Assembly: GCA_018303125.1 (NCBI GenBank)
Contig: JAGVYS010000004.1
Location: 1 to 55,448 of the forward strand
Reading direction: 5' to 3'
Source: Candidatus Woesearchaeota archaeon
Lineage (GTDB): Archaea; Nanobdellota; Nanobdellia; Woesearchaeales; WJIZ01
DNA length: 55,448 bases
In this document: in pieces, positions 27,946 through 36,921 of the stretch
Layout of the letters: each line of letters begins with the position of its first letter
Position numbering within the stretch: the first letter of the stretch is position 1
Position numbers and translations under genes: made by a program
The notes under the pieces: generated by a model
Seen by the model: only the letters and a program-made list of their open reading frames with translations
Database searches by the model: none
What the model was told of the DNA's origin: nothing

Positions 27946-28151
27946 GAGGATTATGCACTGCAATCCCGTCAATAGTCGACCTGAGTATCCTAGAGTGTAA
28001 AATCAGTTATAAGGTCACTAAGGAGTGAATCGGTCGTTTAGCGACGGCAGATATGGTGGATTAGAAAATGCGCTGTAGCTACACTTGGCTACGCTTCCTA
28101 AGGCGAAAACTTAGGGCGTGGAAAACAAAACACGCGAAGTAATAATCTCGC
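27946..28151 (+). ncRNA. Candidate structured non-coding RNA (~205 nt), family unidentified
   Basis: GC-richer island with no credible ORF. At least seven nested helices, a 5'/3' closing helix, a 6-7 bp loop-loop pairing, and a T tract directly downstream. Confidence 0.65.
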
Positions 28152-28165
28152 TTTTTTTATTTTTT
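28152..28165 (+). terminator. Oligo-T archaeal-type terminator after the candidate ncRNA
   Basis: TTTTTTTATTTTTT immediately after the closing helix. Confidence 0.5.
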
Positions 28166-28205
28166 AATCGAAAAATTTAAATAGTATATCTCAGTTATAC
28201 TAATT

Positions 28206-28757
28206 ATGGCAAGTCCTAGTAAAGAAGAAAATGTATTAAAGCTAATTTTAGAAAATAGTCCTCTAAAAGAATGGCATTTTGAAGAAATAGTTAGAGAAGC
28301 AAAAATTACAAAATTAGTGGCGAATAAATGGCTTAAAAAATATGTATCTGAGGGATTACTTAAACATATTAAAGAAAAAAAGAAATTTCCACATTTTACA
28401 GTAGGAATCAATAATTCTGTTTATTATTCTCTCAAAAGAGTTTACGCTTTGGAGCAACTTCATAAAAGTGGACTTATTCCCAAACTTTTATCTCTCAAAA
28501 CAGCCAAGACAATCATATTATTTGGAAGCATCATAAAAGGTGACTGGTATAAAGATTCAGATATCGATATTTTTATTTTCGGAGATATTTCTGATTTTGA
28601 CAAAAACATTTATGAACTTAAACTGCACACTAACATAGAACTACATATCTTCCAAAACAAAGAAGAAATGGACGAAGTCAAAACAGGACTTATAAGAAAT
28701 ATAGTCAACGGGTATGTTATAAAAGGACAGATTCAAGACTTTGCCGAGGTTGCATAA
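28206..28757 (+). CDS. HTH-MNT minimal nucleotidyltransferase (putative antitoxin)
   Basis: N-terminal HTH (WHFEEIVREAKITKLVANKWL), then LFGSIIKGDWYKDSDIDIFI (GS...DxD). Confidence 0.85.
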   Translation: MASPSKEENVLKLILENSPLKEWHFEEIVREAKITKLVANKWLKKYVSEGLLKHIKEKKKFPHFTVGINNSVYYSLKRVYALEQLHKSGLIPKLLSLKTAKTIILFGSIIKGDWYKDSDIDIFIFGDISDFDKNIYELKLHTNIELHIFQNKEEMDEVKTGLIRNIVNGYVIKGQIQDFAEVA

Positions 28758-29231
28758 ATGAAACTTACAATTGATAATCTTGATAAAACATACAAACTCT
28801 GCACGAGCACAGGAAGCATAAAGGAAAAGTCTATAGATATTGAACTTATAAAATCATTAAAGATTGTCGCAGAAAAAGGTCTTGAATTCATCAACAGCAA
28901 ATCAAAAGATATTCCCAAAGATAGTACAGATTGGACATTTGTCTTTCGAGACCATTATGAATCACTCCGAGGATTAATAGAAGCTTATCTATTATTTGGC
29001 GGAATTGTAGCAGATAATCATCAATGCAAAAATGCATACATTTGCTTCAAACATTCAGAACTAGAACTTGACTGGGAATTCCTAGAAACAATCAGACTAA
29101 AAAGAAATGCAATCAATTATAGAGGACAATTATTGAAATATGATGATTGGAAAATGCTTAAATTGAAATTTGAATTACACATTAGTGCACTAAAAGAAAA
29201 AATTGGAAAAAAACTTGAAAAAGATTTATAA
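28758..29231 (+). CDS. HEPN-domain protein (putative toxin)
   Basis: Abuts the MNT gene; all-helical; HYESLRGLIEA and RNAINY (R-x4-Y variant of the HEPN motif). Confidence 0.75.
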   Translation: MKLTIDNLDKTYKLCTSTGSIKEKSIDIELIKSLKIVAEKGLEFINSKSKDIPKDSTDWTFVFRDHYESLRGLIEAYLLFGGIVADNHQCKNAYICFKHSELELDWEFLETIRLKRNAINYRGQLLKYDDWKMLKLKFELHISALKEKIGKKLEKDL

Positions 29232-29265
29232 ATATGCATTTATATAATGATATAAAAGCAAAATT

Positions 29266-30243
29266 CTAAACTATTTCAGAAGCTGCCTTCCTCAGCCTAT
29301 TCATTATTGCTATTCCAATTCCTTTCTCTTCAACGCCCTCAACCAGAATGACATCTACTTTCTCCTCCAGCTCCCTGAAAAGCGCAAATATGCTCCTGGC
29401 ATACTCATGCAATGAGTTCCCTGCATGCCTCGCCTCATCAGCCCTGAAACTGTGGTAAATTGATATTACCCCGACCTTCTTGCTTTTCATGAGCCTGTCA
29501 GCATATTCCTGGATTGCCTTTTTCCTGCCTGTGAACAATATTACTTTTGCAGAGGGCGCATAATGCCTGTATTTCATGCCCGGTGATTTATTTGTAGATG
29601 CTGTGCTGATTTCAACTCTTCCTATTACTTTTTCAATCTCTTCCTTGGTTATGCCTCCTGGCCGGAGAATTTCAGAAGTGGAAGCATCTACAACCGTAGA
29701 CTCAAGGCCAATTCTTGACTTTCCGCCATCAACTATTGCGTCTACTCTTCCCATGAAATCACTGATGACATGCTCTGCTGTTGTCGATGATGGCCTCCCT
29801 GAGATATTTGCAGATGGCGCCGCTATTGGTATGCCTGCTTCTTTTAGGATTGCCTGTGCTACTTTGTGTTTAGGCATCCTTATTGCGACAGTCTCCAGGC
29901 CGCCGCTCGTGGCATAAGGCACAATTCCTGTTTTATTCATTATAAGCGTAAGCGGCCCTGGAAAAAAAGCATCTATCAGCTTCTTCTCCTTTTCAGAAAT
30001 GCCTGATACAAGTATAGGCAATTGCCTCTTACTGCCTATATGCACAATAAGCGGATTATCAGATGGCCTTCCTTTGGCCTTGAAGACTTTTTCAACTGCA
30101 TCCTCGTCAAAGGCATTGCATCCCAGGCCATAGACAGTTTCGGTTGGAAAAGCAACAACCTTTCCCTGCGAAAGAAGCTGTGCTGCCCTCCTTATCTTTG
30201 CCTTCTCAGGCATTGAAGGATTAACTTTTATAATCTCAGTCAT
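29266..30243 (-). CDS. sua5: Threonylcarbamoyl-AMP synthase (YrdC + Sua5 domains)
   Basis: VAFPTETVYGLG, KGRPSDNPLIVH, AAPSANISGRPS, ESTVVD, SPGMKYRHYAP. Confidence 0.95.
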   Translation of the reverse strand: MTEIIKVNPSMPEKAKIRRAAQLLSQGKVVAFPTETVYGLGCNAFDEDAVEKVFKAKGRPSDNPLIVHIGSKRQLPILVSGISEKEKKLIDAFFPGPLTLIMNKTGIVPYATSGGLETVAIRMPKHKVAQAILKEAGIPIAAPSANISGRPSSTTAEHVISDFMGRVDAIVDGGKSRIGLESTVVDASTSEILRPGGITKEEIEKVIGRVEISTASTNKSPGMKYRHYAPSAKVILFTGRKKAIQEYADRLMKSKKVGVISIYHSFRADEARHAGNSLHEYARSIFALFRELEEKVDVILVEGVEEKGIGIAIMNRLRKAASEIV

Positions 30244-31888
30244 GCGCGAACCAGAATTTCATTCCCTCTTTTTTGTCCAGCCTGCAAAACCCGAACCTTA
30301 CGAACTGTACAATGCTACCTTCCTTTAGGCAGGAGATGTTCGCCTCTGCAACTCCTTTAAGGATTTTCTTGTCAGGCATGAGCACCTCTATTGGAACATT
30401 GCCTGAGGCAGGAAGCCAATTCAGCATCCTCTTTCCCTTGAAATCCTTGTAGCTGTATGAGTCAAGGATTATTTCCTTTTTCTTGACTATGTTAAGGCAG
30501 TCCATCAGCCTTACACTATCTCCCTCAGAAATAGAGGATAAATCTTTGGAAGATAATATGAAATTCTCATTCACCCTGAACTTCCTGCCGCCTTCCTTCC
30601 TGTTAGGGTTTAAATGGAGCTCAACATCCATTTCCTTGGCTCCATTTATCTTTACAGGCACAGGGTCAAATATTGCTGAATACCTGTTGGCGCTTTGGTC
30701 AAGAAGCCTGCGGTTGTGCATTATCAGGTCATCCCAAGTGAGCGTTGCCTCTGCCTTAGATATGCCTGTTGACATCACAAATCCTTTTATCGCCTCAGGC
30801 AAAAATCCTCTTCTTCTAAGGGCAACAAGTGTTGTAAGTGAAGGATCGTCCCAGCCAAGAAGATCTCCATTTTCGACCTTCTCCCTGATTATCCTGCCTG
30901 ATGAAAGCACTCCTTCCATGTTGAATCTTCCAAACTCATAAGTTGCTGTTATCCTCATCCCAAGCTTCTCCTGTATCCATCTCTGCAATTCTGAACGAAG
31001 TTCAAATTCCTTGCTCCTTAGCCTTATCGTCACACCAGTATGCGAATCCATGATTGCATTCTGGAAATCATAATTCGGCCATACCCTGTATTTCCATTGC
31101 CTTGGGTGCGCTGCATTAACAATCCTGAATATTATCGGGTCCCTCATTGTCGTGTTCTGGTGCTTCAAGTCTATCTTCAGCCTCAGGACAGAAGAGCCTT
31201 CTTCCATTTTGCCCATCTCTTTCCAACATTTGAGATTCTCATCTGCTTTCTTGTCCCTATATGAAGTAGCCTCGCCTTTTTCCCTGCTCTCTCTTATCTC
31301 TTCCTGAGAGGATTTATCCACATATGCAAGCCCTTTTTTAATCAGGTACTCTGCTTTCTCATAGAAAAGAGGCAGGAAATCTGATGCATAAAGAAGCTCA
31401 TCCCACTTTATGCTAAGCCATGAGAAATTGTCAAGCATTATATCATAATATTCCTTCTTTACCGTTACAGGATTTGTATCCTCGAATCTTAGAAGGAATT
31501 TCCCATTGTGCTTTTTTGCAAGCTCATAATTAAGTATGCAGGCTTTTGCATGCCCTATATGTGGGTATTTCTCAGGCCCTGGTGGAAAGGCGGTAATGAC
31601 TTTCTCCCCTTCTTTTATGCCTAGGAAAGCAAAGATATCCTTCTCCTCTTTTTTGCTCTCGAACGCCTCAGGCGCTATCTTGGCAAGTTCCTTCTTTTGC
31701 TCATCAGGAGATAATTTGTTAACTTCCCTTACTATCTGGGCTATCTTCGCGGATATTTCCTTCCCTTTTTTCCTCAGCTCTGGGTCTTCTCCCAGAATCT
31801 TGCCCATTATTGCACCAGAAGATGCCTTGCCGTTATACCTCACAGCATTCTGTAGAACATATTTCCTGATTGATTGTTCAAGGCTCAT
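30236..31888 (-). CDS. gltX: Glutamyl-tRNA synthetase (archaeal type)
   Basis: HIGH, LRFEDTNP, WPNYDF, LSSGRI, GWDDP, VQFVRFGFCR. ATG at 31888 preferred to track start 31900. Confidence 0.95.
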   Translation of the reverse strand: MSLEQSIRKYVLQNAVRYNGKASSGAIMGKILGEDPELRKKGKEISAKIAQIVREVNKLSPDEQKKELAKIAPEAFESKKEEKDIFAFLGIKEGEKVITAFPPGPEKYPHIGHAKACILNYELAKKHNGKFLLRFEDTNPVTVKKEYYDIMLDNFSWLSIKWDELLYASDFLPLFYEKAEYLIKKGLAYVDKSSQEEIRESREKGEATSYRDKKADENLKCWKEMGKMEEGSSVLRLKIDLKHQNTTMRDPIIFRIVNAAHPRQWKYRVWPNYDFQNAIMDSHTGVTIRLRSKEFELRSELQRWIQEKLGMRITATYEFGRFNMEGVLSSGRIIREKVENGDLLGWDDPSLTTLVALRRRGFLPEAIKGFVMSTGISKAEATLTWDDLIMHNRRLLDQSANRYSAIFDPVPVKINGAKEMDVELHLNPNRKEGGRKFRVNENFILSSKDLSSISEGDSVRLMDCLNIVKKKEIILDSYSYKDFKGKRMLNWLPASGNVPIEVLMPDKKILKGVAEANISCLKEGSIVQFVRFGFCRLDKKEGMKFWFAHD

Positions 31889-31889
31889 C

Positions 31890-32087
31890 TTATTGCACAT
31901 TAAAATAGTATATGGCGCAGACTATGCCCCAAATAACGGTGAAGAATCCGACTGTTATTGTAAGGGACTTTAAGCCTGACGGGGAGCCCATACCCATGTT
32001 CATGCTCCCTGCATTTAGAAGCACCACAAGCCAAAATATAAGCAGTAAGCCTGGCAAAAGTATAAGATGGTTCTTCTTTCTTTTCAT
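31890..32087 (-). CDS. Small two-TM membrane protein
   Basis: 65 aa, two hydrophobic helices, directly upstream of gltX. Confidence 0.55.
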   Translation of the reverse strand: MKRKKNHLILLPGLLLIFWLVVLLNAGSMNMGMGSPSGLKSLTITVGFFTVIWGIVCAIYYFNVQ

Positions 32088-32136
32088 ATCCTTGCTCTTA
32101 TTTCAGGATTTAAATAATTGTCGGAGAAAGTAAATA

Positions 32137-32220
32137 CGCCGACGCCCAGATTTGAACTGGGATACCCTTTCGGGAACAGGATTTCCAGTCCTGCGCAGTA
32201 CCAGATTGTGCCACGTCGGC
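32137..32220 (-). tRNA. tRNA-Ser(GGA)
   Basis: Reverse complement gives acceptor stem GCCGACG/CGTCGGC, anticodon arm CAGGA-CTGGAAA-TCCTG, a long variable arm, T loop GTTCAAATC and discriminator G. CCA is not encoded. Confidence 0.95.
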
Positions 32221-32261
32221 ATGTTGATGGAAATATGGTGGAAATTTAAAAGAGTATCGGA

Positions 32262-32849
32262 CTATTTCCTGCAGATGAATACCCTGAAAACATCACCAAG
32301 AAAGATGCTCTTCTCTGACTCTATGGACAAGCCTACCTTTTCAATGCTCTTTCCTGTATCCCTATCAAGGCTGCACCCAAACATGAGCTTCCATACAGGG
32401 CTTGCAATCTTTTGAAAGAATGATATTGCCTTATTCCTGCTCCTTACATGTTCAATGAGTAAAATTTTGCCATTTTTCTTCATAACTCTCTTCATCTCGC
32501 GCAATGCATTCAATGGCTTCTCAATTGAGCAGAGGCTTAATGTGCATACAACAGCATCAAAGGAATTGTCATTAAAACTAAGCTTCTCGGCATCCATCCT
32601 ATGCAGCCTCGCATCTTTATTTCTTTTTTCCGCAATAGACAGCATGCCCTGGCTCGCATCAACAGCATCAAGGGAAACATCCGATGGATAATGCTTAAGG
32701 TTCTTTCCCGTCCCAAGGCCAATCTCAAGAACTTTTCCGTGCAAACCCTTAAGCAGTTTCTTCCTGAACTTTGAAATTTTCCATTCCAGAGGCAGGTCAA
32801 TTAAATCGTATATTTTTGCCAGATTATCGTATTTTTTAGATTTCATCAA
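32262..32849 (-). CDS. Class I SAM-dependent methyltransferase (PmtA/UbiE-like)
   Basis: VLEIGLGTG, MDAEKLSF, FDAVVCTLSLC, LLIEHV. Confidence 0.88.
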   Translation of the reverse strand: MMKSKKYDNLAKIYDLIDLPLEWKISKFRKKLLKGLHGKVLEIGLGTGKNLKHYPSDVSLDAVDASQGMLSIAEKRNKDARLHRMDAEKLSFNDNSFDAVVCTLSLCSIEKPLNALREMKRVMKKNGKILLIEHVRSRNKAISFFQKIASPVWKLMFGCSLDRDTGKSIEKVGLSIESEKSIFLGDVFRVFICRK

Positions 32850-32854
32850 AAGAA

Positions 32855-33166
32855 TTAGATATCAATCATTTCAATCTCAATGTTGATTCCCTCTGGTATG
32901 GGAACCCTCATCACAAGCTTTAATGCCCTTTCATCTATGCCCAGGTCAATGAGCCTTTTATGGACTCTGGTTTCGTATCGCTCCCATGATGCTTTGCCAT
33001 CACCGCATGGGGACTTTCTTGTTGTAATCTTAAGTTTCTTCGTAGGCAATGGAATAGGCCCACGCATTTCTACACCGGTCTTGTTAGAAATTTCCTTAAT
33101 AGCATTGGATACATCATTAATCTTCTTTATGTCGATGCTTGCCAGCTTTATCCTTGCTTTTTGCAT
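32855..33166 (-). CDS. rpsJ: 30S ribosomal protein uS10
   Basis: [31 protein letters not shown]. Confidence 0.97.
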   Translation of the reverse strand: MQKARIKLASIDIKKINDVSNAIKEISNKTGVEMRGPIPLPTKKLKITTRKSPCGDGKASWERYETRVHKRLIDLGIDERALKLVMRVPIPEGINIEIEMIDI

Positions 33167-33243
33167 ATTGTCTCCGCGGTTTATTTCATGATAAGCTTCC
33201 TGTTCACCATGATCCAGTTATCCCGGATAGTGGCAAAATTTGC

Positions 33244-34530
33244 CTATTTCTTGACTAGGTCGATACACATACCTGCTGCAACTGTGGTTCCTGAATCCCT
33301 AACTGCAAACCTTGACATCTGAGGTATGTCCTTCTGCCTCTCTATTACGAGCGGCTGTATTGGCTTGATGTGGATTATTGCAGTGTCTCCGTTCTTTATG
33401 AAGTCTGGGTTTTCAGCTAATGTCTCGCCTGTTGCTGGGTTAAGCTTCTTTTCTATCTTTGTAACCTGACAAGCTACCTGTGCAGTATGTATGTGGAATA
33501 CAGGTGTATACCCAACTGTAATCACAGATGGATGGTTTAGTACGACAATCTGTGCTGTGAATTCACTTACCACAGTAGCTGGCTTGTCAGCATGAGATAC
33601 AACATCTCCTCTTGCTATATCCTTCTTTCCAAACCCTCTTACGTTGAATCCGATGTTGTCTCCAGGCAAAGCTTCCTGCAACTGCTCATGATGCATCTCT
33701 ATTGTCTTGCACTCTCCTGGAACTCCCTTGCCTTCCCTTCCTGGCATTGCAACAACCTTATCGCCTATCTTTAGGATTCCTGTCTCTACTCTGCCTACAG
33801 GGACTACTCCTATTCCTGTGATATTATAAACATCCTGTATAGGAAGCCTCAATGGCTTGTCTACTGGCTTCTCAGGCTCCTTGATATCGTCGAATGTCTC
33901 AAGCAATGTCTTGCCCTTGTACCATGGCATCTTTGTCTGCTTCTTTACGATATTCTCTCCTATCAAAGCTGCGGTAGGTATGAAAGGTATCTGGTCAGGC
34001 TTGTACCCTACAGATCTAAGAAGGGTTGAAACCTCTTCCTTGACCTTATTGAATCTCTGCTCAGAAAAATCCACTCCAGGCATGTCCATCTTGTTGATAG
34101 CTATTATAATCTGGTTTACACCAAGTGTCTTTGACAGGAAAACGTGCTCCCTAGTCTGTGCATTAATGCCATCATTTGCAGCAACAACAAGTACTCCGAC
34201 ATCAGCCTGTGATGCACCGGTAATCATGTTCTTGATGAAATCCTTGTGCCCTGGAGCATCTATGATAGTGAAATAATACTTAGGAGTATCGAATCTCTTG
34301 TGGGCAAGGTCAATGGTTACTCCTCTCTCCTGCTCCTCTTTCAGGTTGTCCATTATGAATGCAAACTCAAAGCCCCTCTTTCCAAGGCTCTCTGCCTTCT
34401 CCTTGAGCTTCCTCATTGCCTGCTCATCTACGTTTCCTGAGTCGTACAATAGTCTTCCTACTGATGTGGATTTTCCATGGTCAACATGGCCTATAAAGAC
34501 AATGTTTATGTGTGGTTTCTTCGCTGCCAT
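33244..34530 (-). CDS. tuf: Translation elongation factor EF-1 alpha
   Basis: [43 protein letters not shown]. Confidence 0.98.
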   Translation of the reverse strand: MAAKKPHINIVFIGHVDHGKSTSVGRLLYDSGNVDEQAMRKLKEKAESLGKRGFEFAFIMDNLKEEQERGVTIDLAHKRFDTPKYYFTIIDAPGHKDFIKNMITGASQADVGVLVVAANDGINAQTREHVFLSKTLGVNQIIIAINKMDMPGVDFSEQRFNKVKEEVSTLLRSVGYKPDQIPFIPTAALIGENIVKKQTKMPWYKGKTLLETFDDIKEPEKPVDKPLRLPIQDVYNITGIGVVPVGRVETGILKIGDKVVAMPGREGKGVPGECKTIEMHHEQLQEALPGDNIGFNVRGFGKKDIARGDVVSHADKPATVVSEFTAQIVVLNHPSVITVGYTPVFHIHTAQVACQVTKIEKKLNPATGETLAENPDFIKNGDTAIIHIKPIQPLVIERQKDIPQMSRFAVRDSGTTVAAGMCIDLVKK

Positions 34531-34636
34531 TTTATTCCTCCCTTAAATTAATTTGCATCTCTGGTATTTAATGCCCATTTATAAACTTAGCGATAGTGCA
34601 GCATATAAAAAGCTATCTGTGCCTTGTCGGCGATTG

Positions 34637-35599
34637 TTATCCAATATTTAGCACATTCTTGTAAAGCGCCGCACTGTTAGCTACATCATCTATTGTTCCT
34701 TTTCCCAAGTCGCTTGCCCCTGCCGCAATAAACCCTTTTGTTTTCAAGCATGGAGTTACTGTATCAACATACTGATGGTCTGCATAATTTACACTTACTC
34801 CACTTCCGTTTTGAAGCTGTAAATCTTGCAATTGCCTTGCACTTCCTCCTGTTTGGAACAATTTTATTCCCAAGCCGCCTGTACCCATTGAGCCTTCACG
34901 CACATAATCAGAAGAAGTAGCAACAATAAGTTCATTCCATCCTGCAGGATTGCGTGAATTGTATGGAAAAACCTTATCAGTTGTTGCTCCCCTTACAAGC
35001 AGATCTCCCAACTCTGCCCTCGTTGACCACGCCGGAAATGCTATAACTTCCCTGGCAATGCAGTAAGCAATAGGGTCCATGGATAATGGATTTTCGTATA
35101 TGGCATCCTTTTCACTATTACCCAGCTTTAAGCACTCTACAAAAGATTCTATGTGATCTCTGACAAATCCAATGAATTTTTGAGCATCTGCAATTTGGCG
35201 CTCGGGCAAGGTATACCTGCCTGCAAGTACAGGCATTTTATCGGCTGCAACAGCAATCGGAATACCAAATTGTGTTGCATAATGAATGGAAACTATGTTG
35301 GTGTGTGTTCCCCATGCAGGTATGACTCTTGAGTCTTTATCCCGTATCTCGGCAAGAATTTGGATAGCATCTCTATAGTTTTCTGCGCGTGCTGTGCCCT
35401 CAACAACATAAATGCCTGCATCTGCAAGAACCTTTGCTTTACCTCCAAGAACATCCTTTAAGTTATCAATTTCAAGCTCATTTTTCCCGAGAACAGGCAT
35501 TACCTTGATTTCTCTGAGCTTTTGCAAAGTCTGCGTCCTCTGCTCAGGACTCTGTATTGCAAATAGTGTATCTGACGGCAAATCATTCATGTTTCCCAC
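34637..35599 (-). CDS. Divergent KDPG/KHG aldolase-like (Eda family) TIM barrel
   Basis: Motifs in Eda order: KVMPVL, GIYVVEGTAR, AWGT, FPAWSTRAEL...DKVFP (Schiff-base Lys), LFQTGG, AAGASDL. Confidence 0.65.
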   Translation of the reverse strand: MGNMNDLPSDTLFAIQSPEQRTQTLQKLREIKVMPVLGKNELEIDNLKDVLGGKAKVLADAGIYVVEGTARAENYRDAIQILAEIRDKDSRVIPAWGTHTNIVSIHYATQFGIPIAVAADKMPVLAGRYTLPERQIADAQKFIGFVRDHIESFVECLKLGNSEKDAIYENPLSMDPIAYCIAREVIAFPAWSTRAELGDLLVRGATTDKVFPYNSRNPAGWNELIVATSSDYVREGSMGTGGLGIKLFQTGGSARQLQDLQLQNGSGVSVNYADHQYVDTVTPCLKTKGFIAAGASDLGKGTIDDVANSAALYKNVLNIG

Positions 35600-35676
35600 C
35601 TTACTAAGTATTTCACCCTTTAGCCAAAAGAGAGTTTACCTTTAGTTTATACATTTTTTCAATAATTGCACAGCCA

Positions 35677-36897
35677 TTAAAAATTCTGATGCAGGAACTT
35701 GATTATTTTTTCAGTGACTTTGTTATTTTTGAAAGGAGTTGCTGTAATATGCTCATTAGGATTGTTCATCATCAGATGGGTAAACTTGCCATGGTATATT
35801 TCTGCATTGCCGCATGAATTGTAAAAATTCTCAATCCTCCTATTCCTGAATGGTAGGAATGACCAAAGAAATAGGTCCCTTGAACCATAGATAAACAGCT
35901 TTGGCTTTGCGAGCAAATATTTTTTCTGGTAATATTCAAAAAAGTTAGTCATGCCGTCCTTATGCCTGAATTTTGCCATGTTTTCCACAAGTGTTAGGAA
36001 ATCAGAAGGCTCCTTCATGCTGAGCATGTACTCCAAAAATTCAGCCGATTCATCTGTCCTGAAGAACATCCACCTTACATATTTTCTTTCATCCTCTGCA
36101 CTTTTAAGGAATCCTATTTCATCATGCTCATTCTTGCCGTGCGCCAGTGTTGGCTTGTGCAAGAGAGTTTCGACAATAATCTTTTTCCATTTATGGCTCA
36201 GTTTTCTCAGCAGGCTTAAGCCCGGTATAGCGTTCTTGGCACTTGGAGGCGGTGCAAGATAAACATAGCAGGCCACGTTCAGATTTTCTTGCATCCCTTT
36301 TTTGAGGGAGTAGAATATCCATTCTTTCATCCTAGCATACAGCGTATCAATTGTCTGTGTGATAAAAACAACCTTCTCCCTTTTGCCTTTTTTCTCCAGC
36401 CACGCTATATGCCTTACATAGTCGATCATCAGGTTCCAGGTATCATAGATGTGCTTCTCTATCTCCTTTGTGTAGCCTGCATTCGAGAACAATGCGCCCA
36501 CACCACCGAAGCTATGGCTTATGACGGCAATCCACTTCATCCCGTACCTGTTCCTAAGAATAGAAACGCCCTCAGTTACTGTCTCGCTCATCTCTCCGAG
36601 TGTGAATTTTGAAACATTAAGGTAATGTGATGGCAAGTCTATGCTAAGGCAGAAGAAACTGCATTCTGCCAAACGATCAGCAAGCACGCCCATCCCGAAC
36701 CTATTTGAGGCAATTCCCGGCACTAGTAATATCCCTCTATGCACATCCTTATTTTTGTAATAGATCGTCCCATGAATCCTTCCTGCAGAAATATTTTCTC
36801 TATGTATGTCGCTTTTCTGCCCGTAAATCGCTCTCTTGATGAGCTTCTTTTGTATTTTACTCCATTTGCCCATAGAGCACTCTTCAAAAGAGGACAT
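35677..36897 (-). CDS. Alpha/beta hydrolase
   Basis: LLVPGIAS, SIDLPSH, nucleophile elbow SHSFGG, IYGSRD (Asp), FTH (His). Confidence 0.75.
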   Translation of the reverse strand: MSSFEECSMGKWSKIQKKLIKRAIYGQKSDIHRENISAGRIHGTIYYKNKDVHRGILLVPGIASNRFGMGVLADRLAECSFFCLSIDLPSHYLNVSKFTLGEMSETVTEGVSILRNRYGMKWIAVISHSFGGVGALFSNAGYTKEIEKHIYDTWNLMIDYVRHIAWLEKKGKREKVVFITQTIDTLYARMKEWIFYSLKKGMQENLNVACYVYLAPPPSAKNAIPGLSLLRKLSHKWKKIIVETLLHKPTLAHGKNEHDEIGFLKSAEDERKYVRWMFFRTDESAEFLEYMLSMKEPSDFLTLVENMAKFRHKDGMTNFFEYYQKKYLLAKPKLFIYGSRDLFLWSFLPFRNRRIENFYNSCGNAEIYHGKFTHLMMNNPNEHITATPFKNNKVTEKIIKFLHQNF

Positions 36898-36921
36898 TAT
36901 AAAATTATTCCAAGAAAAGTT

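Noticed and set aside
27946-28151. RNase P RNA, SRP RNA, group I/II intron, hammerhead ribozyme or IS200/IS605 omega-RNA as the identity of the structured region
   Set aside because: The conserved cores (GAGGAAAGUCC, SRP helix 8, intron P7 or domain V, CUGAUGA/GAAA) are missing, and no IscB/TnpB gene or remnant is adjacent. This was judged by eye only.
33167-33243. Small hairpins between tuf and rpsJ (GGCAA-ATT-TTGCC; TCATG...CATGA)
   Set aside because: Stems are only 4-5 bp and could arise by chance; no regulatory role can be supported.
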